This document shows, piece by piece, positions 50,598 through 64,000 of a stretch of DNA of 64,000 nucleotides. A program made the position numbers and the translations under genes. Source of the DNA: Hydrolagus affinis (Eukaryota); contig JAAILG010001558.1 of assembly GCA_012026655.1 (NCBI GenBank), positions 1 to 64,000 of the forward strand, in the 5' to 3' direction. Under the pieces are notes generated by a model. That model was not told the origin of the DNA, searched no databases, and worked only from the letters and a program-made list of their open reading frames with translations. How positions within the stretch are numbered: the first letter of the stretch is position 1; every line of letters starts with the position of its first letter.

Positions 50598-53500
50598 GAA
50601 AATTACCAATGCTTTAACAATATTGGTAAGGTGCAGTTACTATTATATTCAGTAAACAATATTAGAATCAGTAATACACACAAAGTTCTTATGGGGTAAT
50701 GTTCTTTTTCTGCAGATGCCTTAATACAAAATTGGTTTGCACAATCAAAATTACAGGAGTTTATACATGGTACTATGCACTTACAGTTTTCAATATTGCC
50801 TTCTCCAAGGTCAGAAAGATAAAGAATTGAATGCAGAGATATCACATCAGACATTTAGTTTATTATGAAACCAAAATGATTTGTCTTTGATGCAATTTGC
50901 CTATTGACATCCTAAACTAACAACAATAATAATAATCCTTGATACATTCGATCAGATTAAATGATTATTCTTAGCCTCAAAACAAAATATACATGGAAAT
51001 TTTCATAATAAGGAACATTAAATTCAGTATCCATTATTTTAGTCTGAAAGTGTAGACTTTTTTGTCACATTACTAGTTTAAAACAAAAATATGTCACATG
51101 TTATATTAGTTATAAACCTTGGGTAGTTTGTCAGTGTTCTGTTCTTTGATCCAATTGCAAAATCTTGAAGCATTACATGACACTCTGTTAACATTCATGG
51201 AACTTTGAATTTCTAATCTGACACAAAACCTGTTTATTGCAGGAAATATGAAATCAGCCAAGTCTTTAGAGACATGGATGAGAATTAAACTGGGAATATG
51301 CGAAAAAAAAAATTGAAGTAGTCATTTTGAATCTAAGTATCTAAGTAATTAAACTGGGTAAATCAAATGTTAAATTGATGATATGCAGATCGGATTCAGG
51401 AGATTAAAAAAAACTTCAGCAATAGTTTGGCTCTTTTTTTAAAAGGAAAGGTCAGCAATGGTTGTGGGCACTGAGTACATGTACGATCTGCCTCTCTCTT
51501 TCTTTATCCATTAACTGCTTCACCATCCCAATGAATTCTATTACAAAACCCATAAAACTTATGTCCCATAAACCCAATATCCCTGCATCAGTGGGCTGTT
51601 AGGTTTCTTATTCACCCATGATTAGGAGGAGGATTGTAAAACAGAACAAGTGCTGAAAGTACAGAAGGAATGACTTCAGTGGATACAAAGATAGAACATA
51701 AACATTAAATCATTGAGGTAGTGTTTGCTGGGTTGAGCATCGATAACTATACCATAATTTACTCGCTCATAAAATAGAAAGCTGATACACACATCAGAAT
51801 TAACGCAGAACTACTACTCTCAAAATGCACACATTTTGTGTTTTATATTTGTTCAATTGCTCTGCTTTTTAATCCAGCTGAATTTACGAGGGACAATTTT
51901 TTTTGCAGTAGCTGTCTTGTTTCTAACTGCGTTCTTTTCGTCAAGGAAAAAAATATCGAGGGCAAAGAAAACAACGGCATAAGGAATTGTCAGATCAGAG
52001 CTAAACATGTCTTACGTGATCCGGCATTTTGTTTCATTTGAAGAAAATCCAAGCTGATTTACATATGGTAAGTAACAAGTCGCATTATACATCTTTTGAC
52101 TGGCAGCTGACACTTATCTGAGGTCTTTTTAAAAAGGCCGAGTTCTCAACAAATAAAACAATTGCGTTTCTGCCTCTATCCCCAGTAGAGACTGCATTTC
52201 CTACACCACAAAATGGAGATGGGTGGACATTGGTTGCGAGAGAATAGGTCCAATGTTTTGAACAGGAAATGTTTTAAATTCACTGCTATTTAGAGGCGAG
52301 ATTAACATGTTTTGAAATCATGCAGGGGAGGGGTGTAATCCTTCTATTGAATATCCATTAAGTGATAAACAGTCCCCAGTGTATCACAAATTGAAAACAA
52401 TAAAGGGTGTAACAAAGTTTCGAGGCTTTGCTCGTTCCCCAGGGCTACTTTGAAGCCTTGTCCTGATCACCTTCTTCCCGTGGCTTAGATCATTTTGATG
52501 CAACCTGACAGCCAAAGCTAAGCTTCACGATTCCAATGCAAAAGCGCTCAAGCCCAGCTTCACTACAAAAGGATTCCTATTATGTGTTCTCACAGGCCCA
52601 TCCATGAGCTAGCAGTCTGAAACATTGGATACAGTATAACACGAACGCATTGGAGCTCAGATTGCATTTCTGACTTCCTCCCTGAAAACAAGGTGCAAAA
52701 TTATATTTTTAAAACATTCTTTGTTCATGTAAAGCACCAAACCATACTATTAACCTATCAGAATGCACATTTTTAAACATTTTGTTGATGCATATTGTGA
52801 GAAAGAGGATCACCATGAGCACAAGATGTTTAAACATGCTATTAAGCATTTTCATATTTAGAATCTTTATTATCTGCATCTGATCACATTGGGAGCCATC
52901 ACACCAGCAGGCAGCCTAAATTCTATTGCAATCAAAAATATTAAGTCTATTTTCAGCATTTACTGTCACAATAAGTGGCAAAATATCAATTAGTGTTTCA
53001 GTGTAGCACATTCTGAAGATCAATGTTTGTTGACTGTGTTTATTTCAACATGAGAATGATAACCCAGGCAGATCTTTAGCTTACAGAACTAGGGATACAT
53101 CTAGTACTCCAAGTCTTAGTGATAAAACAATGCCTTGGATTGCCAGACCTTCATTACTTTGTTCAGCCATTTTGACCGCTGAGCCATCAATAGTTCTAGC
53201 ACCCTATTTTAATATTATTTATCAAGTCACATACTGCACAACATTTTCTTACAAATTACACTGAAGTATGCAGAGTATCGCACTATCAGGCGTGACAGAA
53301 AACATTATTAATGAACAGGATACATCAAACTTTTTTTTAAAAAGATACTGAAAATAGGCCAGACACTTTAATCTTAGTATTGGTAACATTAAATAACAGT
53401 AGTGGTTAAGCAAACATGCCAGAATAAATCACTTTTAACTTTCCATCCCAAAGTTTCCTTCTTAAATGTAGTAAGTTTTTGAATTTTTAAAAATATAATA

Positions 53501-54456
53501 AAACTGTCAACTGTGACTGGCGTCTGATGCAAAAGTTGTTGCCTCTGATTCAATAAAATCTAGTTGCTTAGATAGTTCCCAGGTTTAAATAGGCAGTCTC
53601 GGTGCACTCAATATTTTACTGGATGCTTACTCAACAATCAACAATTGCAGGCAGGACAGGCTTATAAACTAGTTACTCAATTCAGGGACTGATTGATTTG
53701 GATCTCAAACTATTAGACCTCAAACTATTAGAATTTCAATTCTATCTGAAATGACTTTGGTAGATCACAACTCAGTTCATTTGGGAGCAAGGTTCCACAG
53801 CATAAATCCCACCATTAAATGAGCATTAAATTTGCAAATTCATTCAGAAAGGCCACAAGATGTATGGCATAGAAAAATGACCCACTAATTCAGAAACAGA
53901 TGCTTTTTCCAAAGTTGGAAACACATTGAAATGGAGTGGAAAGAATTGCAATGTTCATCTAACTGTGCTGGAACTCAACCTCCTTATCGCTGACACTGAA
54001 TGCTCGAATGACAAACCGCCCCATTTCAGGAACACAATAAGATTTTCACGAGTAACGTTCACAGGGAAAGCAAGCATCAATACAAGAAAATCATCCACTT
54101 AAAGTTTGAAGCTGTAAATCGACCAAAAAGAAACTCCCAAGATGTGAATTTAATGTATCTTAAAAAAACATTGTTGCAACATCCAACTGTGTATGAGCGT
54201 TTTTTTTTCCACAACCGTATATGTTCAAGGGGAGAATGCCTACTGCTACAAAAAATTAAACAGGTTAGTAACTGTGCATCCAATTTTTTTTGCGAAACAA
54301 AATACACCAGCTTCATTTTAGTGTGAGCTGCAGCTCGGACAAACGGCTATGGAATTTTACCAAATCGCTTCCAACAGAAATCCAGACACGAACAAGCAAG
54401 GACATTGTTCCCAGTAAATTATGGTGAGTTTTTATTAAACAGGGTTACGATTTTAA

Positions 54457-54556
54457 NNNNNNNNNNNNNNNNNNNNNNNNNNNNNNNNNNNNNNNNNNNN
54501 NNNNNNNNNNNNNNNNNNNNNNNNNNNNNNNNNNNNNNNNNNNNNNNNNNNNNNNN
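54457..54556. other. Assembly gap (100 N)
   Basis: Run of exactly 100 n. Confidence 1.
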
Positions 54557-54912
54557 TTGCGGAGTTCCAAAGTGTGGGGGCAGAGAGGCTGAAAGCCCGG
54601 CCAGGAATGGTAGGGCAGTTCGGGCGGGGGACGTGGAGCTGGCAGGCTGGCTGGCTGAGCCCGCTGAACGGAGGGTGCGGGCAGGCTATTAGGGAGACAG
54701 CAGGTCGGAGAGATAGGCGGGGGCCTTGAAAGTCAAGACGAGGATCTTGAATTCGACCCTCTGGGAGATGGGGAGCCAGTGGAGGTGGGCAAGGGTGGGA
54801 GTGGTGTGGTCGCGGAGCCTAGTGCGGGAGAGTACACGAGCTGCAGAGTTCTGAGTAATCTGCAGCCTGTGAAGGGAGGAGCTGGGAAGGCTGACGAGGA
54901 GAGAGTTCCCGC
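54557..54912 (-). mobile_element. L2 fragment, relatively intact, abutting the gap
   Basis: LHRLQITQNSAARVLSRTRLRDHTTPTLAHLHWLPISQRVEFKILVLTFK. Confidence 0.9.
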
Positions 54913-55254
54913 ATCTATCTGCAGTACAGTATTTTTCTTCCGCACCCTCCTTTCCTGAAGGCGTTTTACTCTTTTTTTCCCCCTCTTTCCAGTAAGGTAC
55001 AGTTCCAGAGAGCACAGGTCACCCTGTACCTTGCCCAAGTGGCCATTATTCATGTGAAAATCTTGGGACAGTATTGGCACATTATTTGACCATGAGGGGG
55101 AGGGTGGGGGGGGCGGGGGCAAGAGGGCATCGCAGCCTCACCCTGATCCTGTCCACACCCACACAACTTTCAACTGAGGTCTCCGGAGAGCAATCAGGAG
55201 CGGAAATCCGGACTGATTCACCTTCAAAGAAAAATATATATTTTTAAATAAAAA

Positions 55255-55421
55255 TTTGATCACGCAATCCACACGACTGGATGTGGGACACTGCTGTGCA
55301 CGGCTACCTCATTTTGCCCCCAAATAAAGTTAATTCACTTTACGATACATTCTGTGAAGCGCTTTGAAACGTGTCGAAGACACGATAAGGCGCAAGATCA
55401 TATGCAAGGATTGTTATTATT
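55255..55421 (+). mobile_element. SINE 3' half
   Basis: GTGGGACACTGCTGTGC...TGTGAAGCGCTTTGA...GCAAGGATTGTTATT. Confidence 0.7.
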
Positions 55422-57571
55422 CCCTCCCCGGTTGTAGCCCTATAACTGCTGCTTTTTTGGACATTAGCTACCAGCACAGCTGGGAATTTCAATCTATAAT
55501 CTGTCCAGTTTGGTCGTACAAACAGGGGAACTTTATAGATTAAGTTCAACTTGCTTTTACATAGCTTCCTTCATGCGTCTGAACTCTTTAACAGTGAAGG
55601 AGCTTGACGCCTGGATAGGGCTTTTTGGTTGTGTCTGTAAAATTGGTGTGGCTTTTAAACCTTGATATTGAGATCATGTTTCCATTGCCATGAATAGGAA
55701 CGGTGTTGAACTCGGGCGCTGAACATCATTTTATCTTTTTGAGTGAAGCAATTCCTGGTCTTCTACGGAACAGCATCCTGCAAATACTCAATTCAATTCG
55801 CTCTGAAAACGAACATTAACATCATGATCACAGATAACAATATTATGTCAAGATCTTTCTGAAGCCCACACTGATGTCACTATTTGGCAAGCATCCAAAG
55901 TTTACTTTCCATTGACCCGAATTGTGTCGCAGCAAATGACTTGTCAAATGTATCTTAAATTATTTTGAAGTGTTCTTGTAGTTTACTGGACTTCATTTGG
56001 TAGAACAAATCTACCAATACATTTTTTTTTACTGGCACCTAGAACAGTTTACAATCTTTTCCCAACATAACATAAACATAAATCAAGTCAAATATTCTAT
56101 TCCTAAAAGATTGAGATCTGATTTTTTTTTTTTAAAAACAAATAAGATTGATGTTACAGTGTATTTTAGATAATAACTTTCTGTATATAGAATGTTACTT
56201 ACTAAAACTGCATCTCATTTTTAAATAGTGAAATTTTAATCACCGAAAAAGAACTGGTCATTGAGAATGGTCATCAAAAGAAAAATTAACTTGTTTCGAT
56301 CAAAGATTGTTACAAGTTAGGGAGCTGGCTATATCCAATACAAATCAAATACTGGTTAATAATTTGCAAAGTTGTGAAATGTAAATCTGCATTTTCCAGG
56401 GAAGTCATTTTGCAAAGAAAGCCCAAATCTATGGAAAGCTACCGATCAAGTTTACCCGACTGATGAGAAAGCATATCACAAAGAAAACAGTCCACAAGTT
56501 CTAAATGAGAAACAAGACGCATCGCAGAGCTTTGGACATCCCTCACTGCTAATTAGTTCTGCTTCTTTCTGAGAACAGAGGGAATATTAAATCTCAAACT
56601 TAAAACCTTAGTGAAAGCAAACGGCAGTGCCAATAAGGGCACTTTCACAGTCAGATTGCCAGATTGTGTGTGTGTGTTTTTTTTTACAAGTATGTCAGTA
56701 CATCAGACACAAGCTCTGATTGACTGGGTTCAGCTAAACACATCAATTTATTTATCGTGCTTGGGTTTGAATAGTTAGAGTAATCTTTGTCCTTAAATCC
56801 TTTATAGACTTGTCTTGAAATATCTCCTTAATAGTTTTCAGCAATGGACTTATCCAAGCACGTCTTATACTGTATATTACTTTTCAGTTTTAAAAAAAAC
56901 TGTGCAGTGTCCTGTCTTGTACCAAATGGGAGGTCAAGAGACTTTTCGTCCATTGCTGTTTCAGTCTTAAAAGTAGGGTCTAAATGTTCAGCTTTGTTGC
57001 TAACTGTACCATTCATAAAACCCTGTGAACATTGTGCTAATTATTGATCAAGTTCATTCATTTCCTACCATTTTGGCACTGTTCCACTGGAAGTTAGTTA
57101 GACTTTAGGCTCAGGAAGGTAACCACAATAGCACAGCATCCATACTTAAATCGTTTACATTTTTGAGATTTCTTTTTTTCACTTCACATTGTTTTTTATA
57201 TGTGACGGGAGAAGGGGAGCTCTAATACAACGCAAGAAAAAACCTAAACGGATTTTAACGAAAAAAGGCTCATGAGAAACATAACATTTTAATAGTTGAA
57301 ATAAATACTCCAGTACATGCAAGAAAACTGACATAAAGAGACTTCCACGTCTGGCAATAGTGTAAAATTGAAAAAGGAAAAACACTCACAGCAGCTTTTA
57401 TCCCCAACTTTAAAAAATCAAGACGTGGAAAGGAAAGAAAAAAAATCATGATCACAAACAACTGCACACTTTCTTTCTCGTTAAACACCCAAATTCAACT
57501 TCTCTAACCATTTGATTCCACAGACCATACATACATGTGGAGCTACATCCAATCACGTTATTAATGTGTGT

Positions 57572-57577
57572 TTTATT
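57572..57577 (-). terminator. Candidate polyA signal for TLNRD1 (further AATAAA at 56747-56752)
   Basis: Minus-strand AATAAA in AT-rich sequence downstream of the stop codon. Confidence 0.35.
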
Positions 57578-58011
57578 TTGAGGTAACCCTTTCTTCATAA
57601 CTAAACCGCAGACTAATTAATAATGGTGATTTTGTTTTTTATATATATACATATATATATATATGAGAAATTCCGGAAGACACAGACTTGAACCGCACCC
57701 AGCGCGATTAAGCCTTTTTGTGATGGTTTTTTTTTGTGTTGTTGCTGTTATTGTTTTACTTTCCTCATCGCTCACACCAAACGAGTTGCATTTTGATGCT
57801 TTTGTCGTTGTGTTTTGTTTTTGCCCCACCCCTCTCTTTTCTGTTTTCCAATATAGAATAATAACAATAATAATCATCATCATCAACAACACTTATTCCC
57901 TCCCCCTCCCCCTCTCCCTCCCCCTCGTCCTCCTTCACCCCCCCCCCCTCACCCACCCCAAAAAAAAAATTTCAGCACAATTTCTTTGGCATATGGAACT
58001 TTTTTTCTTCA

Positions 58012-58062
58012 ATCATCATCATCATCATCAACATCATCATATCATCACATCATCATCATCAT
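58012..58062. repeat. (CAT)n imperfect microsatellite just downstream of the TLNRD1 stop
   Basis: Seen directly. Confidence 0.9.
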
Positions 58063-58087
58063 TCATTGAAATTCATTCATCAATTAA

Positions 58088-59278
<1,191 letters not shown>

Positions 59279-59423
59279 TCATCGTTCCATCAAGGAAGGT
59301 TTCAAAAGGGAAAGCCTTCTTTTTCTTCTTCTTCTCTCTCGCTCTCTATACAGTGGGCAGCCGATGAGCGTGGGTGAGGGTTAAAATATATATATATATA
59401 TAGTGTATATATATATATGCCAG

Positions 59424-59590
59424 CCCTCCCTCCCTTTACTTGATCTCTCTCTCTCTTTCTCTCTCCTTCCCTCCCTCACCTTACTTGATCTCTCTCTCTC
59501 TTTCTCTCTCCTTTCCTCCCTTCCTCACTCACTCACTCACTGACTCCTTCACTCACTCACTCACTCACTGACTCCTTCACTCACTCACCC
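59424..59590. repeat. 45-bp tandem duplication (TTACTTGATC(TC)n...) followed by (CACT)n microsatellite
   Basis: TTACTTGATC at 59436 and 59481; CACT arrays at 59525-59590. Confidence 0.85.
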
Positions 59591-60399
59591 TTGTCCTTGT
59601 GAATTCTTCCTTCTGCAACACGGCCGGGGCCCGTTACACGAAACAATCCCTTTTGCCGGCACAGCCCGATGGGCATGTCTGTTGTCTGGGAATCCACCGC
59701 CTCCCAAGCCTGTACATGATCTGGTTTGTTACTGGAAAGGTTATAAGGGGAGGGGTGGGTGGGGTGGGGGAGAGGAAGAGGAAAAGAGTCAAGCTGTGAG
59801 CTTTCACTTTTCTATTATTTTACACACACACACACATATATATATATATAAAATTTGCTTGTTCCAAATCCTTTTTAAAAAAAAATTAAAAATACTTAAA
59901 TGAGAGACAGGGAAAAAAAGTTGGAATTTCCTCCCCCCCCCCACCCCCACTCACTCACTCCCTTCCTCACCCACCTACCCCCACCCACCTTACTTAACCT
60001 AACCTCATGAACTGGCTCCTGTTCGTTTTGTAAAATAGCAAAGTCAGTGTTTGAAGCCTGCATCTCCTCTATCAGGAAGCAGAGGCGGAGGGTGTGGTTC
60101 CACTTGGGACTGCCCGACTGTTAACAGCAAAGGAACTAGTTACGGATATTTTCAACTTACAGCAGCTCAGACAGACAGACAGGCAGCCGGAGCAGGAGTA
60201 GAAGAGTAGAATCAACTCAAGATAATGTTCGGATGTCACACAGCGGGTGGGTGGTAATCCTCACCAGACAGTCTCCTCTTAAGCCTCCTCAAAGCTCTTG
60301 TGTGTGTGTGTGTGTTGGGGAGGAGGGGTGGGGGTGGGTTGCTACTTCTTTCTCGCCGTTAAATGCGCCCTGATCTGTGAATCCATCCCTTCCTGAGGC

Positions 60400-60510
60400 C
60401 CCGACGTGGGCGCATTCGACTACCGGTCTGAGGACAAAGTTAGATTCCAAATGGGGTGGAGAAGCCCAGCCCGATTGGTCCGTTCCTGTCCATTGGCGAA
60501 TAATCTCCCG
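60400..60510 (-). promoter_or_regulatory. CpG patch with two CCAAT boxes on the minus strand; candidate TLNRD1 promoter
   Basis: ATTGG at 60474-60478 and 60492-60496, CpG-enriched. Confidence 0.45.
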
Positions 60511-60695
60511 GTTTTAAAGTTTTGCAGCTTCTTTTTTAAACGATTGATTGATTCACTCACTCACTCACTCCCTCCTTCAACTCAACTCACCCCCACAAAG
60601 TCCCCCAGAGAGAGAGAGAGAGAGAGAAAACTGGCTGCAAATAAATGATGGAAGTTGATCTGATGTCTGATCTGTGTTAAAGAAACAAATAATAA

Positions 60696-61052
60696 CCCTG
60701 ACCAGCCCAGCCCTGATCAGCCTCTCCTTCCTAGCCCTGATCAGCCTCCCCTTCCCTGACCAGCCCTGACCAGCCTCCCCTTAGCCCTCCCCTTGCCTGA
60801 CCAGCCCAGCCCTGATCAGCTTCCCCTTCCTAGCCCTGACCAGCCTCCCCTTAGCCTTCCCCTTCCCTGACCAGCCTCCCCTTCCCAGCCCTGATCAGCC
60901 AGCCCTTCCCTGACCAGCCTCCCCTTAGCCTCCCCAGCCCTGACCAGCCTCCCCTCCCCAGCCCAGCCCTGATCAGCCTCCCCTTTGACCAGCCTCCCCT
61001 TAGCCTCCCCCTCCCCAGCCCAGCCCTGACCAGCCTCCCCTTCCCAGCCCTG
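60696..61052. repeat. GC-rich minisatellite of shuffled modules CCCTGA(C/T)CAG, CCTCCCCTT and CCCAG
   Basis: More than a dozen recurrences of (CC)TGAYCAG visible directly. Confidence 0.9.
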
Positions 61053-61094
61053 GTTGCACTGGAACGTCAGTTAAGTATCAATTGACAGAGGCAA

Positions 61095-61260
61095 CATTGT
61101 GACGCCCGCGATGGACGGGCAGGCCGGCCGGCCAATCAGGAGCGGGGCCGCGGGCGCAGCCGTTCCAAATGGAACAGCAAGCCGGGCGCGGCAGCCAATC
61201 ATAAAGCGCCGTGGGTGAGTGAGTGGGAAGGGAGGGAGGAGGCGGGACATCCGCCCAGGA
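61095..61260 (+). promoter_or_regulatory. CpG-island-like promoter with two CCAAT boxes and GC-rich boxes
   Basis: CCAAT at 61132-61136 and 61195-61199, GGCGGG/GCGGGG motifs, high CpG density. Confidence 0.55.
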
Positions 61261-62732
61261 GAGGAGGAAAAAAAAGTTACATTGATACACACTCACATAC
61301 ACTGACTGACTGACTGACTCCCTCACTCACTCACTCACTCTATCAGGGGTGGGAGCGGCGCTGTCAGATGCAGTTATTTATTCGTCTTTGGCAACGTTTC
61401 TTATATATAAATGAATCAGTCTCCCTCGCCTTGTTATTTTACTCCCGAGTACGAGAGGAACCGGGCGGTGTGGGCAAATGCCACGAGTGTCTTTCACGCG
61501 TACAGAGAGAGAGGGAGAGGGAGAGACTGAGAAAATAAGATTACACCCACAAGAGATTAGTGTTTTTTTCAAACGTAATTTTCAGTTGCTGCATAATATG
61601 AGATCAGCCGGATGGATCAGTACTTTTGGTCACAGATCTTTCTTGGTGGAAAAAGCAACGAACACTTCTGAGGGGGTATTTAAGATGTCATTGCCGTTAT
61701 TTGGTGAAGTATTTTTTTTTGCGCCCAAGTTTAGCCGATTTGAATGGCAGTCGTTTGAAACATTTTTTTGCGTGTGATTGTTAATAAGATTCCCATTGAC
61801 ATCGTCTCCTCAGACTCCTCCCTTCCCCCCCTCCCCCCACCCCTCCCAAAAAAGGTGCAAATATCCAGCGTCGAAACATCTCATTTTCTCCCCTTCCAGA
61901 GCCATTGGCTGGTGCCAGGGTGCGGTCTACACAGAGGTGACTGGATATTGATGAAGAAGCATTCGTTGACTGAGATCGTATAACTCAACGTTACTGGGAT
62001 CGATCCAGGATTTTCCAGAATAACAGAATGGTTCAGTTCCACACAGGGGTATTATATGGCTTTGCAAACAGCCGCTGCAGAGAGAAAATGCAGCATTTTT
62101 ATATGGCATAAACTTACTCCGATGGATGATATTGGGGACCTTGGATGGAGTTTCCTGGGCTCCCCCAAATCAGCGTTACTCGTGTGCAAGCCAAGGCACT
62201 GCATGTTGGCACTCTATCCAATTTATTCACAGCCAAGCTCAGTACTTGCATTTTCCAGTCCAGTGTCAGTACATTCCAATAGGGATCATTTTAAATGCAA
62301 TGAAGTGTGGGGAAACCTGTTTGATCATCTCCTCCCTCACAGGAGGATGAAAGTAAGTACCAAACAGGCCTCGGGTGTCTTACCTGACAGTGAATGTTAA
62401 CAGGTCAGACAACCTTTTGGGGGGAGGGGGGGAAATCACAGCTAAGGTACAGTAAGTCCTGCCCTCACTTGACACCAATGTGTACTTGATAGTATAGGTC
62501 ACTGGATAATGGTCAAGAGTGAGAACTCTGCCTTTTCCATTTCCTAGGCATAACACAAACCAATTGTAGTATCCCTGCTCATGCCATAGCTGAAATAATA
62601 ATCTTTGCATTAGATATAATACCTTATTTTAATGCGCTTCACATGCATTGCTGTTATAATAATGACTGTGTATTTGTAGGTAATCTGGTGGTGGCCAATT
62701 TGCAAACAGCAATTATCACACAAACAGCCATG

Positions 62733-63335
62733 AACAACAACAAAATTACATTTGTACAGCCAAAGGCTAGGAGGACATCCCAAGGCGCTGGACAGTTACT
62801 GCTTCAGACCCGAGTTGAGGGGGTTGGGGGGGGTGGGGGGGGGGCGGGGGTTGGGAAGGGGGGGATTAGGAGTTGCCGATGGGGCCATCGAAGAGGAGAG
62901 TCTTGAGGTGAGACTTGAAGGAGACCAGGGAAGGGGCGAGGTAGGAAGGACTGCAGTACAGAGTTCCAGAGGTTGGGGGCAGAGTGGCTGAAGGCTCGCC
63001 CACCAATGGTGGGGCGGGTGGGTCGGGAAACGTAGAGCAGGCCAGAGCCTGATGAGTGGAGGGGGGCGGGCAGGTTGGTAAGGGGTTAGATGTCACAGAT
63101 GTAGGGTGGGGTGAGGTCGTGGAGAGCTTTAAATGTGAGGACCGGGATCTTGAATTGGATCCTCTGGATGATGGATCCTCTCGCAATACGAGGGGCCCAC
63201 CGATCGCACCGACATTAAAAATGCCCCTGGCCGTAGAGTTCTGAATTATCTGCAGCCTGTGGAGGGAGGAATTGGGAAGGCCGACCAGCAGGGCGTTTGC
63301 ATAATCGAGCCAAGATGTAATGAAGGCTTGGATGA
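62733..63335 (-). mobile_element. L2 3' fragment
   Basis: (CAA)n tail in reverse; FITSWLDY and LHRLQ remnants. Confidence 0.85.
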
Positions 63336-63384
63336 GGAGGTCACGGATGAATGACCAAATTTATTCAGAATCATTTTTGCTCAG

Positions 63385-63548
63385 AACACTGGAGAAACTC
63401 CCTTTTTTTTTGGGTAGTGTCATGAAATCTTTAACGTTCACCTCACCAAACAGATGGTACCTCAATTTAATGTCTCATCCGAATGCCGGCATCTCTGGCA
63501 ATGCAACGTTCCTCCAGTACTGCATTAGAGTGTTAACCTAGCCTGTGT
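63385..63548 (-). mobile_element. Deu-domain SINE core fragment
   Basis: Reverse complement reads CAGTACTGGAGGAACGTTGCATTGCCAGAGATGCC...CGGATGAGACATTAAA...AAAGATTTCATGACACTA, like the recalled Deu core. Confidence 0.65.
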
Positions 63549-64000
63549 CTCGGCACAATAAAAGACTGAACCTGAAACGTATTGCAAAATTTCTTACTGC
63601 ATAATGGCTTTATCACGGGAGCGATGGGGAGTTTCTTTTTTTAAAAAAACACCCTGCTTTATAGAGTGGTTTCACTCAAAGAGTGAAGACATTGGAACTA
63701 CTGCCATTCCAAATTACAATGGTAAAAGAAAAATTGGGTAAAAATTACATTCAGCGATATAAGGATCGCTAAGTTAAAAAATCACTGGAAATTGAGCAGA
63801 AGAGGTTTTTTTTTAAATTCAGAGGCAAGGCTACCTTAGAAATAGATTCTAAGGATCACAGCATCTCAGAAAAATGTGCACCAAAGTACTCCAGCGAAGG
63901 ATTTCAACCGATATTAATGCTTGAAATGAGAATCTCCAATTCCAATGATCAATTACTACTTTCATATTGCTGTTAATTTAGCTTGTGAACCCATCAGGCC

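Noticed and set aside
53704-53732. CTCAAACTATTAGA direct repeat, two copies
   Set aside because: Ordinary short slippage duplication
31400-54400. An additional protein-coding gene between CFAP161 and TLNRD1
   Set aside because: Only short ORFs without recognisable motifs and no phase-consistent exon chain found by eye; small exons cannot be fully excluded
60405-60452. GCGCATTCGACTACCGGTCTGAGGA resembling a tRNA-Arg anticodon arm
   Set aside because: No acceptor stem, no B box and no cloverleaf
60696-61052. Repeat array as a CRISPR-like locus
   Set aside because: Vertebrate DNA, no unique spacers and no cas genes; it is a minisatellite
61300-64000. MESD first coding exon expected from synteny
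   Set aside because: No signal-peptide or KKKDIRDYNDAD-type sequence seen in the window

Overview
AT-rich vertebrate genomic DNA, not prokaryotic. The tRNA-SINE, Deu-SINE, L2 and CR1 repeat content and compact introns suggest a cartilaginous fish such as a chimaera; this is an inference. Three protein-coding genes lie on the minus strand in the same order and orientation as the human TLNRD1-CFAP161-IL16 cluster. (1) Intronless TLNRD1/MESDC1 at 58088-59200 (370 aa). (2) A complete 7-exon CFAP161 at 24081-30346 (312 aa), assembled by hand from splice sites, with a forkhead plus RFX X-box motile-cilia-type promoter. (3) The 5' part of the long, neuronal-type pro-interleukin-16 gene from about 15005 down to 262, continuing beyond the window start and encoding two intact PDZ domains here. 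The most notable observation is two extra phase-compatible IL16 exons (12593-12708, 10974-11097) encoding a degenerate PDZ domain that resembles PDZ2 of the paralog PDZD2 and is absent from human pro-IL-16. Other points: a candidate internal first exon and a 7-nt microexon in IL16, an overlapping uORF and a long same-strand alternative ORF in TLNRD1, a ~70-bp inverted-repeat pair at 40.7/41.5 kb, a CTCF-centred hairpin, a minisatellite between two oppositely oriented CCAAT clusters, and a 100-N assembly gap. Homology statements come from recalled protein and repeat sequences, not from database searches. Repeat boundaries are approximate.
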